A DNA stretch of 64,000 nt from Lama glama (taxonomy: Eukaryota). This document shows, one piece after another, positions 1 to 11,849 of this stretch (position 1 is the stretch's first letter; each line of letters begins with the position of its first letter). The stretch lies in contig CM052817.1 of NCBI GenBank assembly GCA_028534125.1, positions 79,114,001 to 79,178,000 of the forward strand. Direction: 5' to 3'. The notes beneath the pieces were generated by a model. It was not told where the DNA came from. It ran no database searches and saw only the letters and a list, made by a program, of their open reading frames with translations. The position numbers and the translations under genes were made by a program.

Positions 1-3000
1 CAAGTTCTAGGGAAATTTGTTACAGATCAATAGATAACTTGTTCAAATAGTTTACTTGCGGAAGTCAATGTAAATGAAATTCTAGACCCAAGTTCCAAGC
101 TTGGGGTGCTCAATCTTCCTAACTCAAGCCTCCAATGGGTTTTAGCAATTCCCATGAACTATCTTTTATTTCTCTAGTTTCTTTTTGAAACACAGTAAAA
201 CCAATTATGTTTTAGTAAATTAACTACTCAGTATTCATACAGCAAAATACAAAGAGTTCAAAATTCTGTTATTATTATTTAACATGGCCTTAAAGACTCA
301 GCATGGGAATTGAGGGAACATCAAGACATGTTCTTTTTTATGTTTTGTTTTTTCATGCCATGTATTTACTAAAGAAATTAGTTCACATGTCCTGGAAAAT
401 CTCTCACATTCTGGATTTGGCTGAGTATATCTTCACAGTGCTATTTAAATGTTCCTCTGCTTCCCAGGTCTCTCAGCACCCACAGTCCTTCTGCCCAGAC
501 TGTATACTGTTTGATATGCAGCCTTTAGACATTATATATAGTAATAATAATATAAATAATAACTAGGCATGCTCGCATATATAGGCATATATGATTAAAC
601 AAAATGTGCTTTCATTTTGGCTATTTTATGCAATTTTGGGTTTTTTAAAAAGCCACCATGTCCCAGATCACAAGAAGTGAAACATTTAGATAAACATTTC
701 GTTTACCAAGGAAGTCTGAACTGCTTGAGTCAGCACCACAAATGAAGTCATAAGAACAGGATTCTGAAGATCAAGCAATACTTAGAATGAAAGACAAAAT
801 TTCAATGTTTTCAAAGAACGCAAATGTCCATGTGGTGTTAATATTCCAAATCAAAATTATCTAGGCAATTTAAAGGAAACATTTAAGTTCTTTTAACCAG
901 ATTAATAAACATGAAAGGAAGCCACAGTGGGGAGTGAACAGAGGACTCACAATGCTGCAGAATCACACTCTGTCCTGGACCAGCCCAAGAGCACTGCCTC
1001 TCAGCGTTTCGCAAGTATATCACATTTCCTTTGCCCTTCATCATCTTTCCTTCCAGTTTCTCTACAGGTCATCTAGGCCATAGTTAGCTATCAGGATACA
1101 TGATTTTAAGATCTGAAAGCCTAGGAAACAGGATTTACAACTACTAAATGGGCTCAAAACTAAGGGAATGGAGCAACTTGACACACATTTACTGAACACC
1201 AACCACATACAAAGTAAAGCACTAAGCTTTGCTGGAGACCCAAAGAAGACACATGTCCTCAAGAAAGACACATTCTTGTTTAACAATCAAGCTTCTATCT
1301 TTCCAAGTTCAGAATCTATAGGACAGAGAGAATCTAATTCAGTATTTCAGAGAATCAGCTAAGGATGTAATTTGAATTTCATAAAAAGCAGCCTCCACTA
1401 TAGAGAAAAGTTTTAAACCTTTTTACACAGTTAGTTTACATTTTAAAAATTAGTGTGTAGGAACAACCTAACTGTCCATCAGAATGAGAACAGATAAATT
1501 GTGGTATACTCATGAAATGGGATGGTATTCAGCAATAAAAAAGAACACAACAGTAGGGTATAATCTCAAAAAGAAAAAGAAGCAAGACACAAGAAAGATA
1601 GATTCTATCTGATCCCATTTATGTGAGGTTCCAGGAACAGGAAAAGTAAGCTAAAGTGATAGAAATCAAGAGTAAAGTTAACCAAAAGAGGAAAAGAAAA
1701 TTTTCCAGAAAGGAAGAAAAGATTCTCTATCTTGATTTGGATTATAATTACATGGGTGTAGATATTTATCAAAAATCACAATTTGCTTTTGTTCATTCCA
1801 CTTTATGTAAATTTTTTCTCAAAATAAAAAGAGACAACGTTAAAAAGTGTAAAATATCAAAACCAAATCATGTTTCCCCTTTGGAGGGATAACCTCTCTT
1901 TTAGAAGGTGTAAACAGGGAATTCAGAACTCCAAATAAAAGGAGACTTCACATCACACAAGCAGGATAAAAGTACGTATTTCCAAATACTTTCCAAAAAC
2001 TACCTTTGAGAAAAGAAGTAACTCCAGCCCTGGGCCATACTAAATACCCACAAATTCTTAGCACAAGCCCTGCCCTGTCTCTCAAGCTGGACTTGGGCAG
2101 GAAAATCAACATTCAACCCTCCTCACTTCGGACACTGCTCTATTCAGCAAACACACTCTGCAGGCAGCAGACCCTCCTGCGCGGCAGACAGGCGGGGGCA
2201 GGGCAGAGTCAAGGGCAGTGGGCGGGACTTAGAGGGCTCCACGCGTGACTTAGCGTCCAGGAATCCCACGAGGACAAGGAGGAGGAGAAGGGGTTTTGGC
2301 ATAGAAGGGAGACTAAAAAGGAAAAAACATATTGACAAGGCCTTCACAGCTGGGAACTGGGGCTGCCTGACACACAGGTGGGATCTGCTGCTGGGGCAGA
2401 GAGGGAGCGTTGGGCACAATTTAGCCAAGACTGGGGCAGGCCAGGGGCCTCCGCGTGACACAGCAGAGAAGCAATTAGGAACAAGGGCACCTTGCTGCCC
2501 TCTATGGTGGGGAAGTCAGAAAAGGCAAAACCAGTAGGCTCGCTGAAGCAGAAAGACCTCCTAGTGTTGGAGGAAAACCATTCTGCACCAATTAAATACA
2601 GACACCGGATTCCTCACCAGGTCTCCCAGATCCTTCCATCGCCCGGAAGCTCAGCGCGCTTTATGCCTCACCTTTTCCCTGGAATGCGATCCCGACTCAT
2701 GGAACGTGGTTTATAGGGTCTTCACTATTTCCCCCCAAAACACAAATCACAAATGCCCCTAACTTTCTTAGGGACACATAGCCACCCCACCCCTGGCACA
2801 CCCACTGCCCCCGCCCCCAGCGCTGCCAATGCTTCCCTGGGGTTGTAGCTCAGATGCCATCACCTTCCCAAGTCTTCCGTAACCAACCCCCCACCCCCAG
2901 TCTGCCTGTCTATGGGTTCCCCAACACCACTGTATCTGCTTCTATGGTAAGCCTTGCCTCCGGGTTGTGACTGCCTACTGATATTTTTTTTAACTATGAA

Positions 3001-4292
3001 ATATCTCCAAAAAAGGATACTTGTTACCAATCAAACGTTGTTAAAATTCGTATCTTGTTAACTCAACAGGTTTTTAAATAAAGAAATAAAATGCTGCAGA
3101 CACAGGATAGTATTACTGTTATTCTCGCTTACGTATCTTAGTCATTTCTTTGTCTAATCATAATCAAAAACAGTACGTTGTATTTCTTCATATGTTTCAA
3201 ACTTAATATAATCAGTAATATTCTCTGCATGCTCTTTAGCGATTTTTTCACTCTGTTTTGACATTACATTAATGAAGAAATTAAGATCACGAAGAAAACA
3301 TCATAAAAGAAAAATGAATGCAATTGACAACATTAAAATAAAAAGTGTTGAGTGATAAAATATTACATAAATGAAGTTAAAACACAAACTGCTAACTGTA
3401 ATTACTTCTTTTAAATATATATTACTCTTTCAAGGATATTCATGTTCATAATTTCTAAAGTCAAGTTTTTCTAATATGTTTACAATAAAGAGTCTCCCAT
3501 CTTACTTGCTACCACTATTAACTTCCATTCTCTAGATTTTCTCAACTCTTTTAAATACTTCTCTTATCTGAAACTGGCCTCCACGTTTTTAAATAACATG
3601 CTTTCTTTTAGGATAGTAGCTATTGACTCCATACCATGGAAGATAATATGAACTTTCTTTACATACACTCTCTTGCTCCCTCTGTCTCTACCATGACAAT
3701 AGTTATATCTGGTTGGAACAATATTCAGTGCTCACATTATCATGATTATATAAATACAACTCACAGAACAGCCATGGTAATGTCTTCTGATTTCACTTTC
3801 TTTCATCTATCACTTTTCATTTTCCCTCTTGTCTCCACTGTCATCATAGGTTTCATTGCTTATATGCTTATATTTTAGTGATCTGTAAACTCTTCCCCTC
3901 AAAGAGAAATTTCTTTAATACACTCAAACTCACCAGGAAATACACACATGCACACACATGTATGTATGTATGTACTTTCCCCTGGATATATTTTCCAGAT
4001 TTCTCTTCTGGAGCACTCTCTCCTCCCTGTCTGGTCCAGTTCTGTATCTGCTACCAGCTTTCCACTTGGGACTTCCTCACTGTTCTCCTGGACTACAACG
4101 ACCTACTCATCCCAGTTTGCTAGGGACTGGCTCAGTTTCAAGGTTGACAGTCCCACATCTTGTACCCTTTCTGGCCCAGGCAAACTGGAACAATTGGTCA
4201 CCCTATACCTGGGCATCCTTTTGCCTCATTCCTGTTTTTAGGTCCTTTTGCCTGGATCCTATGTCTTCTTGGTTTATTTCCTTATTTTGTAG

Positions 4293-4807
4293 TGTTGCAG
4301 AAAAATGTGTTACAGCTCAGTTGTGACAGCAACCTGGATCCAGGCAAGAGACCAAGCAGCACTGGGAGAGTTGGAGAACTCAGGTTTATTATGCCAGCAG
4401 GCCCAGCGGCCCAGCGGAGATAACACTTCAAGCTCCAGACCCTGTCTATAGGTTTACACAGGCCTTTTATAGGCTGCCAGTTTTACACTTTGCAACATCA
4501 TATGCAAATAAAGTACAACAGAAGTTGACCAACCAGGAACAAGCTTTGTAGAAATAGACCAATCAAGAGTGAGCTCCATGCAAATGACATACTACAAATG
4601 GACCAATCAGAAGTTAGGGAAGTGGACCAATCAGGAACCAATCAGAAGTGAGCTCAGGGAACCAATAGAATTCTAGATGTAAGTTAGCCGCTTTAGAGGC
4701 AAAAAGTGAGATAGAGTTTCTAGGCCAGGGAAGCGGGTGGTGCCGGGAGGAGAGCAGCAGCCCTGCCCAGGGGTCCTGCCGGTCTTTTTATGGCGCTTCC
4801 CGCTTCA
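4293..4807 (-). repeat. 3' LTR of provirus (515 bp)
   Basis: Preceded by the polypurine tract. TATA at 4465-4471, AATAAA at 4385-4390, five CCAAT boxes. Aligns end to end with 11850-12392. Confidence 0.97.
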
Positions 4808-4819
4808 TTACCCCCTTTT
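4808..4819 (-). other. Polypurine tract
   Basis: AAAAGGGGGTAA immediately before the TG of the 3' LTR. Confidence 0.9.
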
Positions 4820-4865
4820 GATGCTCTAACATCTGTAGTGAGCATCAACCTTAGAGTGGTGTCCC

Positions 4866-5346
4866 TTATTCATCATTGGGTTCTACCTGGTCCAGGGGCC
4901 TGTACTGAGTAATTAGTAGCTGTAGTCTTAGTGACAATATTTGTAAGCTACTGAAATGGGTAATGAGATTAAGGATGCAGGGACCAAACAGCAGTGCTAG
5001 AAGGATCATAAGGAGGGGGCCTGCTAGGGGGAGGAGCCAGGATGCCCAACTCCAGTTGCTATCCCTAGCCCAATGAGTAGTGGTAGTAACTGGGTGGCCC
5101 TTTTTGATCAAGTATGGGCCTTCAGGGGTACGGTTCCTATAGCAGACACTGACTGACCATTAGGCTTTCTATTGTAGATGGATAGAGTACAGCTGGTATT
5201 AGTTTCTGGCCTATGTTCCATCCCTGGGGTGCAGTAGCTATTGGTCCTATAACTAGTAATAAAGTAACAATGCTCAATAAAATAAAGAAAGGGCAGCAGT
5301 TCTTTTCACATCTTGATTGGTGGTTCCTCAGGCTTCCACCGTGCAT
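4866..5346 (-). pseudogene. env: Internally deleted env: signal-peptide region joined to the TM anchor and tail
   Basis: Hydrophobic N-terminal FFILLSIVTLLLVIG overlaps the end of pol. Gamma-type TM end WLLPLAGPLLMILLALLFGPCILN...QYRPL follows. Only ~480 bp in total, in two frames. Confidence 0.88.
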
Positions 5347-8300
5347 TGACTAGCCAGCTTCCGGGTGTGGCTAGAGCAAGGCTTGGTGCTCTCTGGTAGG
5401 TGAGGTGGGCGTTTCTGAATCCTGATTTTAAGAGGCTCTCCGGGAACCTGGGCGACTCTCCAGATGTCCTCGTCTTGCGGTGGTGTTGCTCTCTTTACTC
5501 TGATGTGATGAATCCACGGAGTGATACCTGCAACTTTTAGAGCTGTTGGGGTGGTTAATATAACTGGGTAGGGGCCCTTCCAAGTGAGTTTGAGGGGATC
5601 CCTTTTCCAATCTTTCACCAAGACTTGGTCCCCAGGTTCATATGGGTGTAACATTGTTCCCAGTGAAACTGGGATTCTGTCAGTTACCCACCTATGGATT
5701 TCTCGCATAGTCTTTCGAAGGCCCTGTATTTGTTTATGAAGTTCTAAGCTTCCCACTTCCTTAATGCTTTCCCCTAGTCTAATTAAAGGAGGGGGTCTCC
5801 CATACAGGATTTCAAAAGGGGAGAATCCTATCTTGGATCAAGGGGCACAGCGTACCCGCAGAAGAGCTGGGGGCAGAATGTCAGTCCAAGGTAGCTGAGT
5901 TTCCTGACTGAGTTTTGCCATAACTTGCTTTAGGGTTCGGTTCATGCGCCCTACTTTCCCTGCGCTCTGGGGCCTGTAGGCTTCATGTAGATTCCAGTGG
6001 ATGTGTAGCGCTTTTGCCGTTCGTTGTATTATTTCTGCCACAAATGCAGGTCCATTTTCTGACCCTATGGTCAATGGCATCCCGAATCTGGGAATAATGT
6101 CTCTGAGTAAGGCCTTTGTTACTTTCCTTGCTTTCTCTGTCTGTGTTGGGTATGCCTCCACCCATCCTGAAAAAGTGCAGACAAAAACCAGTAAGTACTT
6201 GTATCCTCTGCTAGGTCCTATTTCTGTGAAATCCACTTCCATATCTTCAAAAGGAGCCTGGCCACAGCACTGGATTCCCTTTGGTCCAACTGGCCCGTTT
6301 TGCATTGTTCTGGGCCCATACAACGCAGCGCTGTGGGACTGAGGCACAGAGGGATGGAAGTGGAGCGATCAGATAGTATCGATCCAGCAGGGCCCCAAGG
6401 CAGTTTTTCCCAAGTGGGTGAGCTCATCCTGCTGGAGGACCACGTGATGGGCTAATTGTTCAGGTATGTATATCCGTTTGTCAGGCATCACCCACCATCC
6501 TTCCTTTCCTTTGATTCCTCCTTCAGTCCTGGCCCATAAGTTTTTCTCTCGGCTGTATTCCGGAGGCATTGGCAGTTCAGGTGCTAGCAGAACCTTCGCA
6601 ATGGTCCCAGAATCTCTGGTGTGGCCAGATTGACTTGCTGCTTCTTGCGCAGCCTGGTCTACCAGTCGGTTTCCTCTGCTTACAGGGTCGTCTCCCTTCT
6701 GGTGTCCCTTGCAGTGGATGATGGACACCTCTGCCGGCTCCCAAACTGCCTCTAACAGTTGTACTATCTCATCTTTATTTTTGATCTCCTTTCCTCCAGC
6801 TGTTAATAGACCCCTTTCTTTATATACGGCACCATGTATATGCAGGGTAGCGAAGGCGTACTTAGAGTCCGTATAAATGTTGACCCACTTTCCTCTTCCT
6901 TCTCATAATGCCTGGATGAGTGCCCCTATTTCTGCCCTCTGTGCTGACCATCCCTGTGGTAGAGATTTGGCTTTTATTATCTCGTGTGCTGTGGTCACCG
7001 CATATCCTGCCTTACATTGTCCATCCTGCATGTAGCTGCTTCTGTCTGTAAAAAGTTCAAGTTCAGGGTTCTGGAGTGGAACATCAGACAGATGAGGCCT
7101 GCTTTAGTAGACTTCCTCGATTATCTTCTCACAGTCGTGGTCAGGTGGGCCCTCTCCCTCGGGCAGGAAGGTGACTGGGTTCAAGGTTCGTACCATCTCC
7201 AGGCAGATCCTGGGGTTTTCACAAAGGAGCCCTTGGTAATGTGTCATTCTAGTGTTGGTTAGCCATCGGTGCCCCGGCTGTTCATTAGGGTGGTGACTGC
7301 GTGTGGAACCTTCACGTTGACAGTCTGTCCAAGAGTGAGCTTGTCTGCTTCCTTGACTAGAGTTATTGTAGCAGCCAATGCTCATAAGCATGGTGGCCAC
7401 CATGAAGCTACAGGGTCCAGACACTTTGACAAATAGGCCACGGGCCGCTGCCATGGCCCCACTGCTTGGGTGAGAACCCCTAGGGCTGTATGATTCTTCT
7501 CATGGAAGAACAAGTTGAATTCTCTTGTCACATCTGGTAGGCCCAGGGCTGGGGCCCTGGTTAGTAGTCTCTTGATCTTATTAAATGCTTCTTCCTGCTT
7601 GGGTCCCCAGTCTGAGGATTCTTTCCTAGATCCAGCAGTGGCTTCATACAGGGGCTTGGCTATGTCTGAGAAACCAGGGATCCAGATTCGGCAGAACCCT
7701 GCTGTCGCCAGGAATTCTCGGATCTCTCTCTTGGTGCCTGGCCGTGGTATTGCACAAATGGCTTGTTTTCACCCTGGGCCCAAAGCTCGGTGTCCTTCTG
7801 AGACAATGAACCTGAGATACTTAACTGTCCTTTTACAAATTTGTGCTTTTTCCAGAAAACCTTATAGCCAGCATCTGATAGCAGAGCTAACAGGACCTGA
7901 GTTCCCTCCCAACAGTCCTCTTGATTGGGGCTGCCTAATAACAGGTTGTCTACATACTGTAGCAGGGTGCAGTTTAGAGCTTCTCCTGGGAAGGCAGTTA
8001 AGTCTGTGGCCAGTGCTTCTCCAAACAGGGTGGGTGAGTTTTTAAAACCCTGAGGTTAGCGAGTCCAGGTTAACTGAGTTTTCCTGCCCATATGGGGGTC
8101 CTCCCATTCGAAGGCAAATATCGGTTGACTGACTGGTGCCAGCCTGAGGCAGAAGAAAGCATCTTTGAGGTCTAGGCAGGTGAACCATTTGGCTTGGGCC
8201 AGTAGGAGGCTTAAAAGAGAGTATGGATTTGGGACCGCCGGTTGTGTTGTGATTATAGCATTGTTAACTACTTGCAGATCCTGCACTGGCCTATACTCTT

Positions 8301-8984
8301 TTCCTTCCGCCTTTTTGACAGGCAGGAGGGAGTTGTTCCATGGAGACTGGCGCTCTATGAGAATTCCCTCATCAGGCAAACGCTGGATGTGCTTCTGAAT
8401 TCCCAGGCGGGCTTCTCTGGGTATAGGGTACTGTCGCAGCCTGGATGGAGTTGCACCTGGTCGTAGTTCTATTACCAATGGTGCATGGTTTTGGGCCAGT
8501 CCGGGGGGTCCCCCTTCTGCCCAGACGGAGTGGAATTCTTCTCGCAGAGTGTCAGAGTTTGTCTGGGTGCTTTCTGTTTGGTATAGGCGCCATTCTTCTT
8601 CTCGGGGCACGGTCACCATCATGAGCAAGGCTTCCTTCCCCTCAGAGTTAGATGTGTTTGCTTTCCAGGAGATGTTATCTGGGCCCCCAGTTTATGAAGT
8701 AAGTCTCTTCCCAAGAGGGGGATGGGGCATTCTGGTAGGTAGAGAAACTCATGAGTGACTAAACGTCCTCCCAGCTGGCATGATCGTGGGTGGCAGAATG
8801 GGCAAGCAGCTTCGTCCCTGGTGGTTCCTATGATAATCACCTTTTTCTCAGTCAAGGGGGCCACAGGTTTGGTTACCACCAAATGTTCTGCACCTGTGTC
8901 CACCATAAATGTCATCGGTTGGCCCCCTACCAACATCTTGACCGTGGGCTCCCAGGGGCCCAGGAGCAGGGAGCCCAGTCTTCC
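5328..8984 (-). pseudogene. pol: ERV pro-pol (protease, RT, RNase H, integrase) with multiple stops and frameshifts
   Basis: PR FMVDTGAEH. RT YRPVQDL, LDLKDAFF, QLTWTR*PQGFKNSP, QYVDN. RNase H YTDSKYAF, HCKGHQ. IN VDFTE, GSENGPAF, WKGPYPV...PWIHH. Confidence 0.96.
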
Positions 8985-8987
8985 CTA
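8921..8987 (-). promoter_or_regulatory. gag-pol amber readthrough signal (8-nt spacer plus pseudoknot)
   Basis: TAG, spacer GGAAGACT, stem 1 GGGCTCCC/GGGAGCCC, loop GGCCCC able to pair with downstream GGGGCC. Pro is in frame with the TAG, as in MLV. Confidence 0.8.
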
Positions 8988-10561
8988 GTCTGAGTCCAGC
9001 CCTGCCAATCCGATGAGACTCCTTGGAGGAGACTCGGGTTGGTACTTTTCTTTGCTGGCTGGAGGTTTTCTCTTTGATAGGTTTTTTGTTTCTCCACGAT
9101 TAGGACATTCATTTTTCCAGTGAGCAACCTTCTTACAGTATGCATATTGGTCTTGCCACAGGGAGGGCCCCGCACGGGTCCCCCCTTTTCACGTTGAGGT
9201 GGGATGCCGGTTTGGGTAAGAGTTCCCTAGTGCTGCTGCCAGCAGGGATGCTTTCTGTTTTGTTCATCTGTCTGCTTCTTGTCGGGCTTCATGGTCTTGG
9301 TTTATGAAGACTTTATCGGCCACCTCCAACAGTTGAGTGGAATTCAATCCAGCAAAACTTTCCAGTTTTTGAAGTTTTTGGCGGATGTCGGCGTAGGATT
9401 GGGCCACAAAAGCAGCAGTGACCATCCGCTGGTTTTCAGGGGCTTTGGGGTCAAATTGGGTATAGATCCGAAAAGCTTCGGATAGCCTCTCATAGAACTC
9501 CATGGGGGACTTGTCTGGCTTTTGGATCACTGTGGTGGTCTTAAACATGTTGGTTTCTTTGCCCCAGCTCGCAACCCATGCAGGAGAGCTCTCCGATATG
9601 TCCGCAGAGTCTCTTGTCCATCTTGGGTGTTAAAATCCCAGTTTGGCCTTTTTTCTGGGGCTGCATTTTGGGCCCACCTTTCTGCACCCATGGTTCTCTC
9701 TGGGGCTTGCTCTTGTAGCCATTTTTTTGTTTCTGTCAGGATACGCTTTCTTTCTTCAGTATTGGAGAGTGTCAGGAGCAGCTGATGGATGTCGTCCCAA
9801 ATTGGCTGGTGGGTCTGGAAAATAGACTCTACGAGGTCAATCATGGCCTGGGGTTTTTCTGAATACGGAGGAGTGTGGTGTCGCCAGTTCAGGAGGTCTG
9901 TTGTACTGAAAGGCTGGTAGTACAGGATGGAGTGTCTGGAGCCATCATCGTTAATGAGTTGGGGCCCTTGGGTTTCCCAGAGAGGCATCTGGAGGGCAGT
10001 CGCTGGCTGGATGGTTTTTTGGGCTGAACCAAGTCTCCTGCCTATGGGTTCCTGGCTTGGAATCTGGGGTTGTGGCGGTGGGGACACAGGTGGAGGTGGG
10101 CTATCAGATAGAGACGATTGTGGTGGAGCCATAGAAGAAAGAATATATGGCGGGGGCATTATTGGCTCTTCATCAGGGTCCCCCTGTAGAATTGGCTTTG
10201 TTACACCTTCTTTTTTTATTTTCACTGTCTGGACTGCGAGGATCTTACATTGCCCCTTACCATTTGCACAGAACCGGATCCATGAGGGCAAGGTTTGGGC
10301 AATTGTTAGCCAGGAGTCAATATATGGGAATTGGTTGGGGCGCCCTGGGGTCCTAGTAATCACTCTGTACCTGGCCCGGATAGTTGGCAGGTCAAGTGTG
10401 CCTTCTGAGGGCCATCCCACTCCAAAGGTGGGCCATTCTAACTCGCACAATGTGTGCAATTTTCCTGGTGACAATTTAATCCCATGGTCTCCTGAGGAAC
10501 CCTTTTTGAAATTTTTAATCATGCAGTCCAGAACTGTCAGCTTTGATTTTGAGGCTCCCAT
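8985..10561 (-). pseudogene. gag: ERV gag (MA-p12-CA-NC), disrupted in its C-terminal part
   Basis: Starts MGASKS (myristoylation-type) at 10561; PPPY late domain; QPFSTTDLLNW capsid motif. Frameshift near 9545 precedes the MHR-like QKPDKSPMEFYERL. Zinc knuckle YAYCKKVAHWKNEC at 9105-9146. Ends GAC TAG at 8985-8987. Confidence 0.95.
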
Positions 10562-11827
10562 TATTGATTGACAGATTTTGTGGCCAATAGGCATGGGTCT
10601 GCTTCTGGCACTGTAGACTGTGACCCCAGTACCTGTTTTTCACTCCTCAAAAACAGTGGAGTTCTCAAAAAGCCTGCTGCCTCACTGGGCCTAATATTTT
10701 CCTGTTTGGCTGCAAGTCCTGCCAATGAGTTAGGGTTTCATGTTAGGGAGCTGTCCCTGATGCTCTTCCGGGTCTGGACAAGCTTCAGGGGTCCCTGTGT
10801 AGTCTTTTTATAGTCTGATTTGACAAGATGTGAGGCTGGGATGGCTGGCCGGTGGCAGGATAAATGGACCACAAGGGGACCTTAAAAGAGGATCCCTGAC
10901 AGTCCTGGGGTGGTTCCCGCTGGCTTAGGTCTTGTGGTTGTAATTGTAGACAGAGAAGTAGTATTGAGACTAGTTTATTAATTGTACCAGGATATTCCGG
11001 GGGAATAGTGACAAAGTCGAGTCTGAAACTCTTTAATGTAGTCTCATCTTAGTTCTAAGGGCACAGGGATTATTTACTTATAGGCTGTTCTATGTCCCTT
11101 TCCCTCCCCGTGTAGCCACCCTGTGCCGGTGTCGCAAACAAAACAAAGGGAGGGTTTTCGCTGCGTCCGCCTGGCCGCTCCCCTCGCGGGGACGAAGATG
11201 CCTCTTAGCTTTGGTGGGTCAGTATAAACCGCTGACTCCGACTGATACCCCAAGGGGCCGATACCACCATGAGCCGTATGAGGTCACCACGGAACCGCAG
11301 GTTGGGACTCACTCAAACTCCGTAGCAGAATGCCGTGGAGCTACAAACTCAAACCTGATCGCACACTTTTCAGGACACACACACACAAACACACAGAGAT
11401 AATTTGCACATTCCCTCCCTATCACCGAGGCGCCCCTTATCTAACCTAATCTAACCAGATCTCCCCGTCGGACTACCGTCGGGCAGGGAGCATAACCTGA
11501 TCTCCCCATCCGGATTACCGTCAGGCAGGGAGCCTGAAGAAGGTGATCAGTCTCCTCTTCTGTCCACTTGGACAGAACCTGATTACCCTAACCTAACTAT
11601 GGACGCTTCCCGGGACTCCTACCTTGTTCGGCCGTGTTGCTTGGTGAGTTGGTCCATCCTGCCACTGAGTCCGGTTGGGGCACAGCTGCCCGGAGGACTG
11701 AATCACCTCCGTGAAGAAGGACCCGGAATATTGTCAGGTGGCGCACCTCCTCGTTCGCTTTCGGAGCTCCTGACCTCCAGGTGGTTGCTCCACCATCCTG
11801 ACAGCTCAAGGGGCTGGCGTGGATGGA

Positions 11828-11845
11828 ATCTCACTGGGGCCTCCA
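11828..11845 (-). other. Primer binding site, complementary to tRNA-Thr(UGU)
   Basis: Reads TGGAGGCCCCAGTGAGAT, 4 nt after the LTR end. By recall the tRNA-Thr(TGT) 3' complement is TGGAGGCCCCAGCGAGAT (17/18, one CpG-type change). Confidence 0.8.
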
Positions 11846-11849
11846 GAAA

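Noticed and set aside
1..4290. ANXA5 exons (or EXOSC9 at the right end), expected from recalled synteny
   Set aside because: No annexin or exosome peptide found in the ORF track or by reading; these genes are probably outside the window.
9927..10571. 214-aa + strand ORF antisense to gag (also 7515-8045 antisense to pol)
   Set aside because: Shadow frames of retroviral coding sequence with no independent support.
10562..10594. Glyco-Gag-like N-terminal extension from the upstream in-frame ATG
   Set aside because: Only 11 extra codons, with no hydrophobic signal-anchor.
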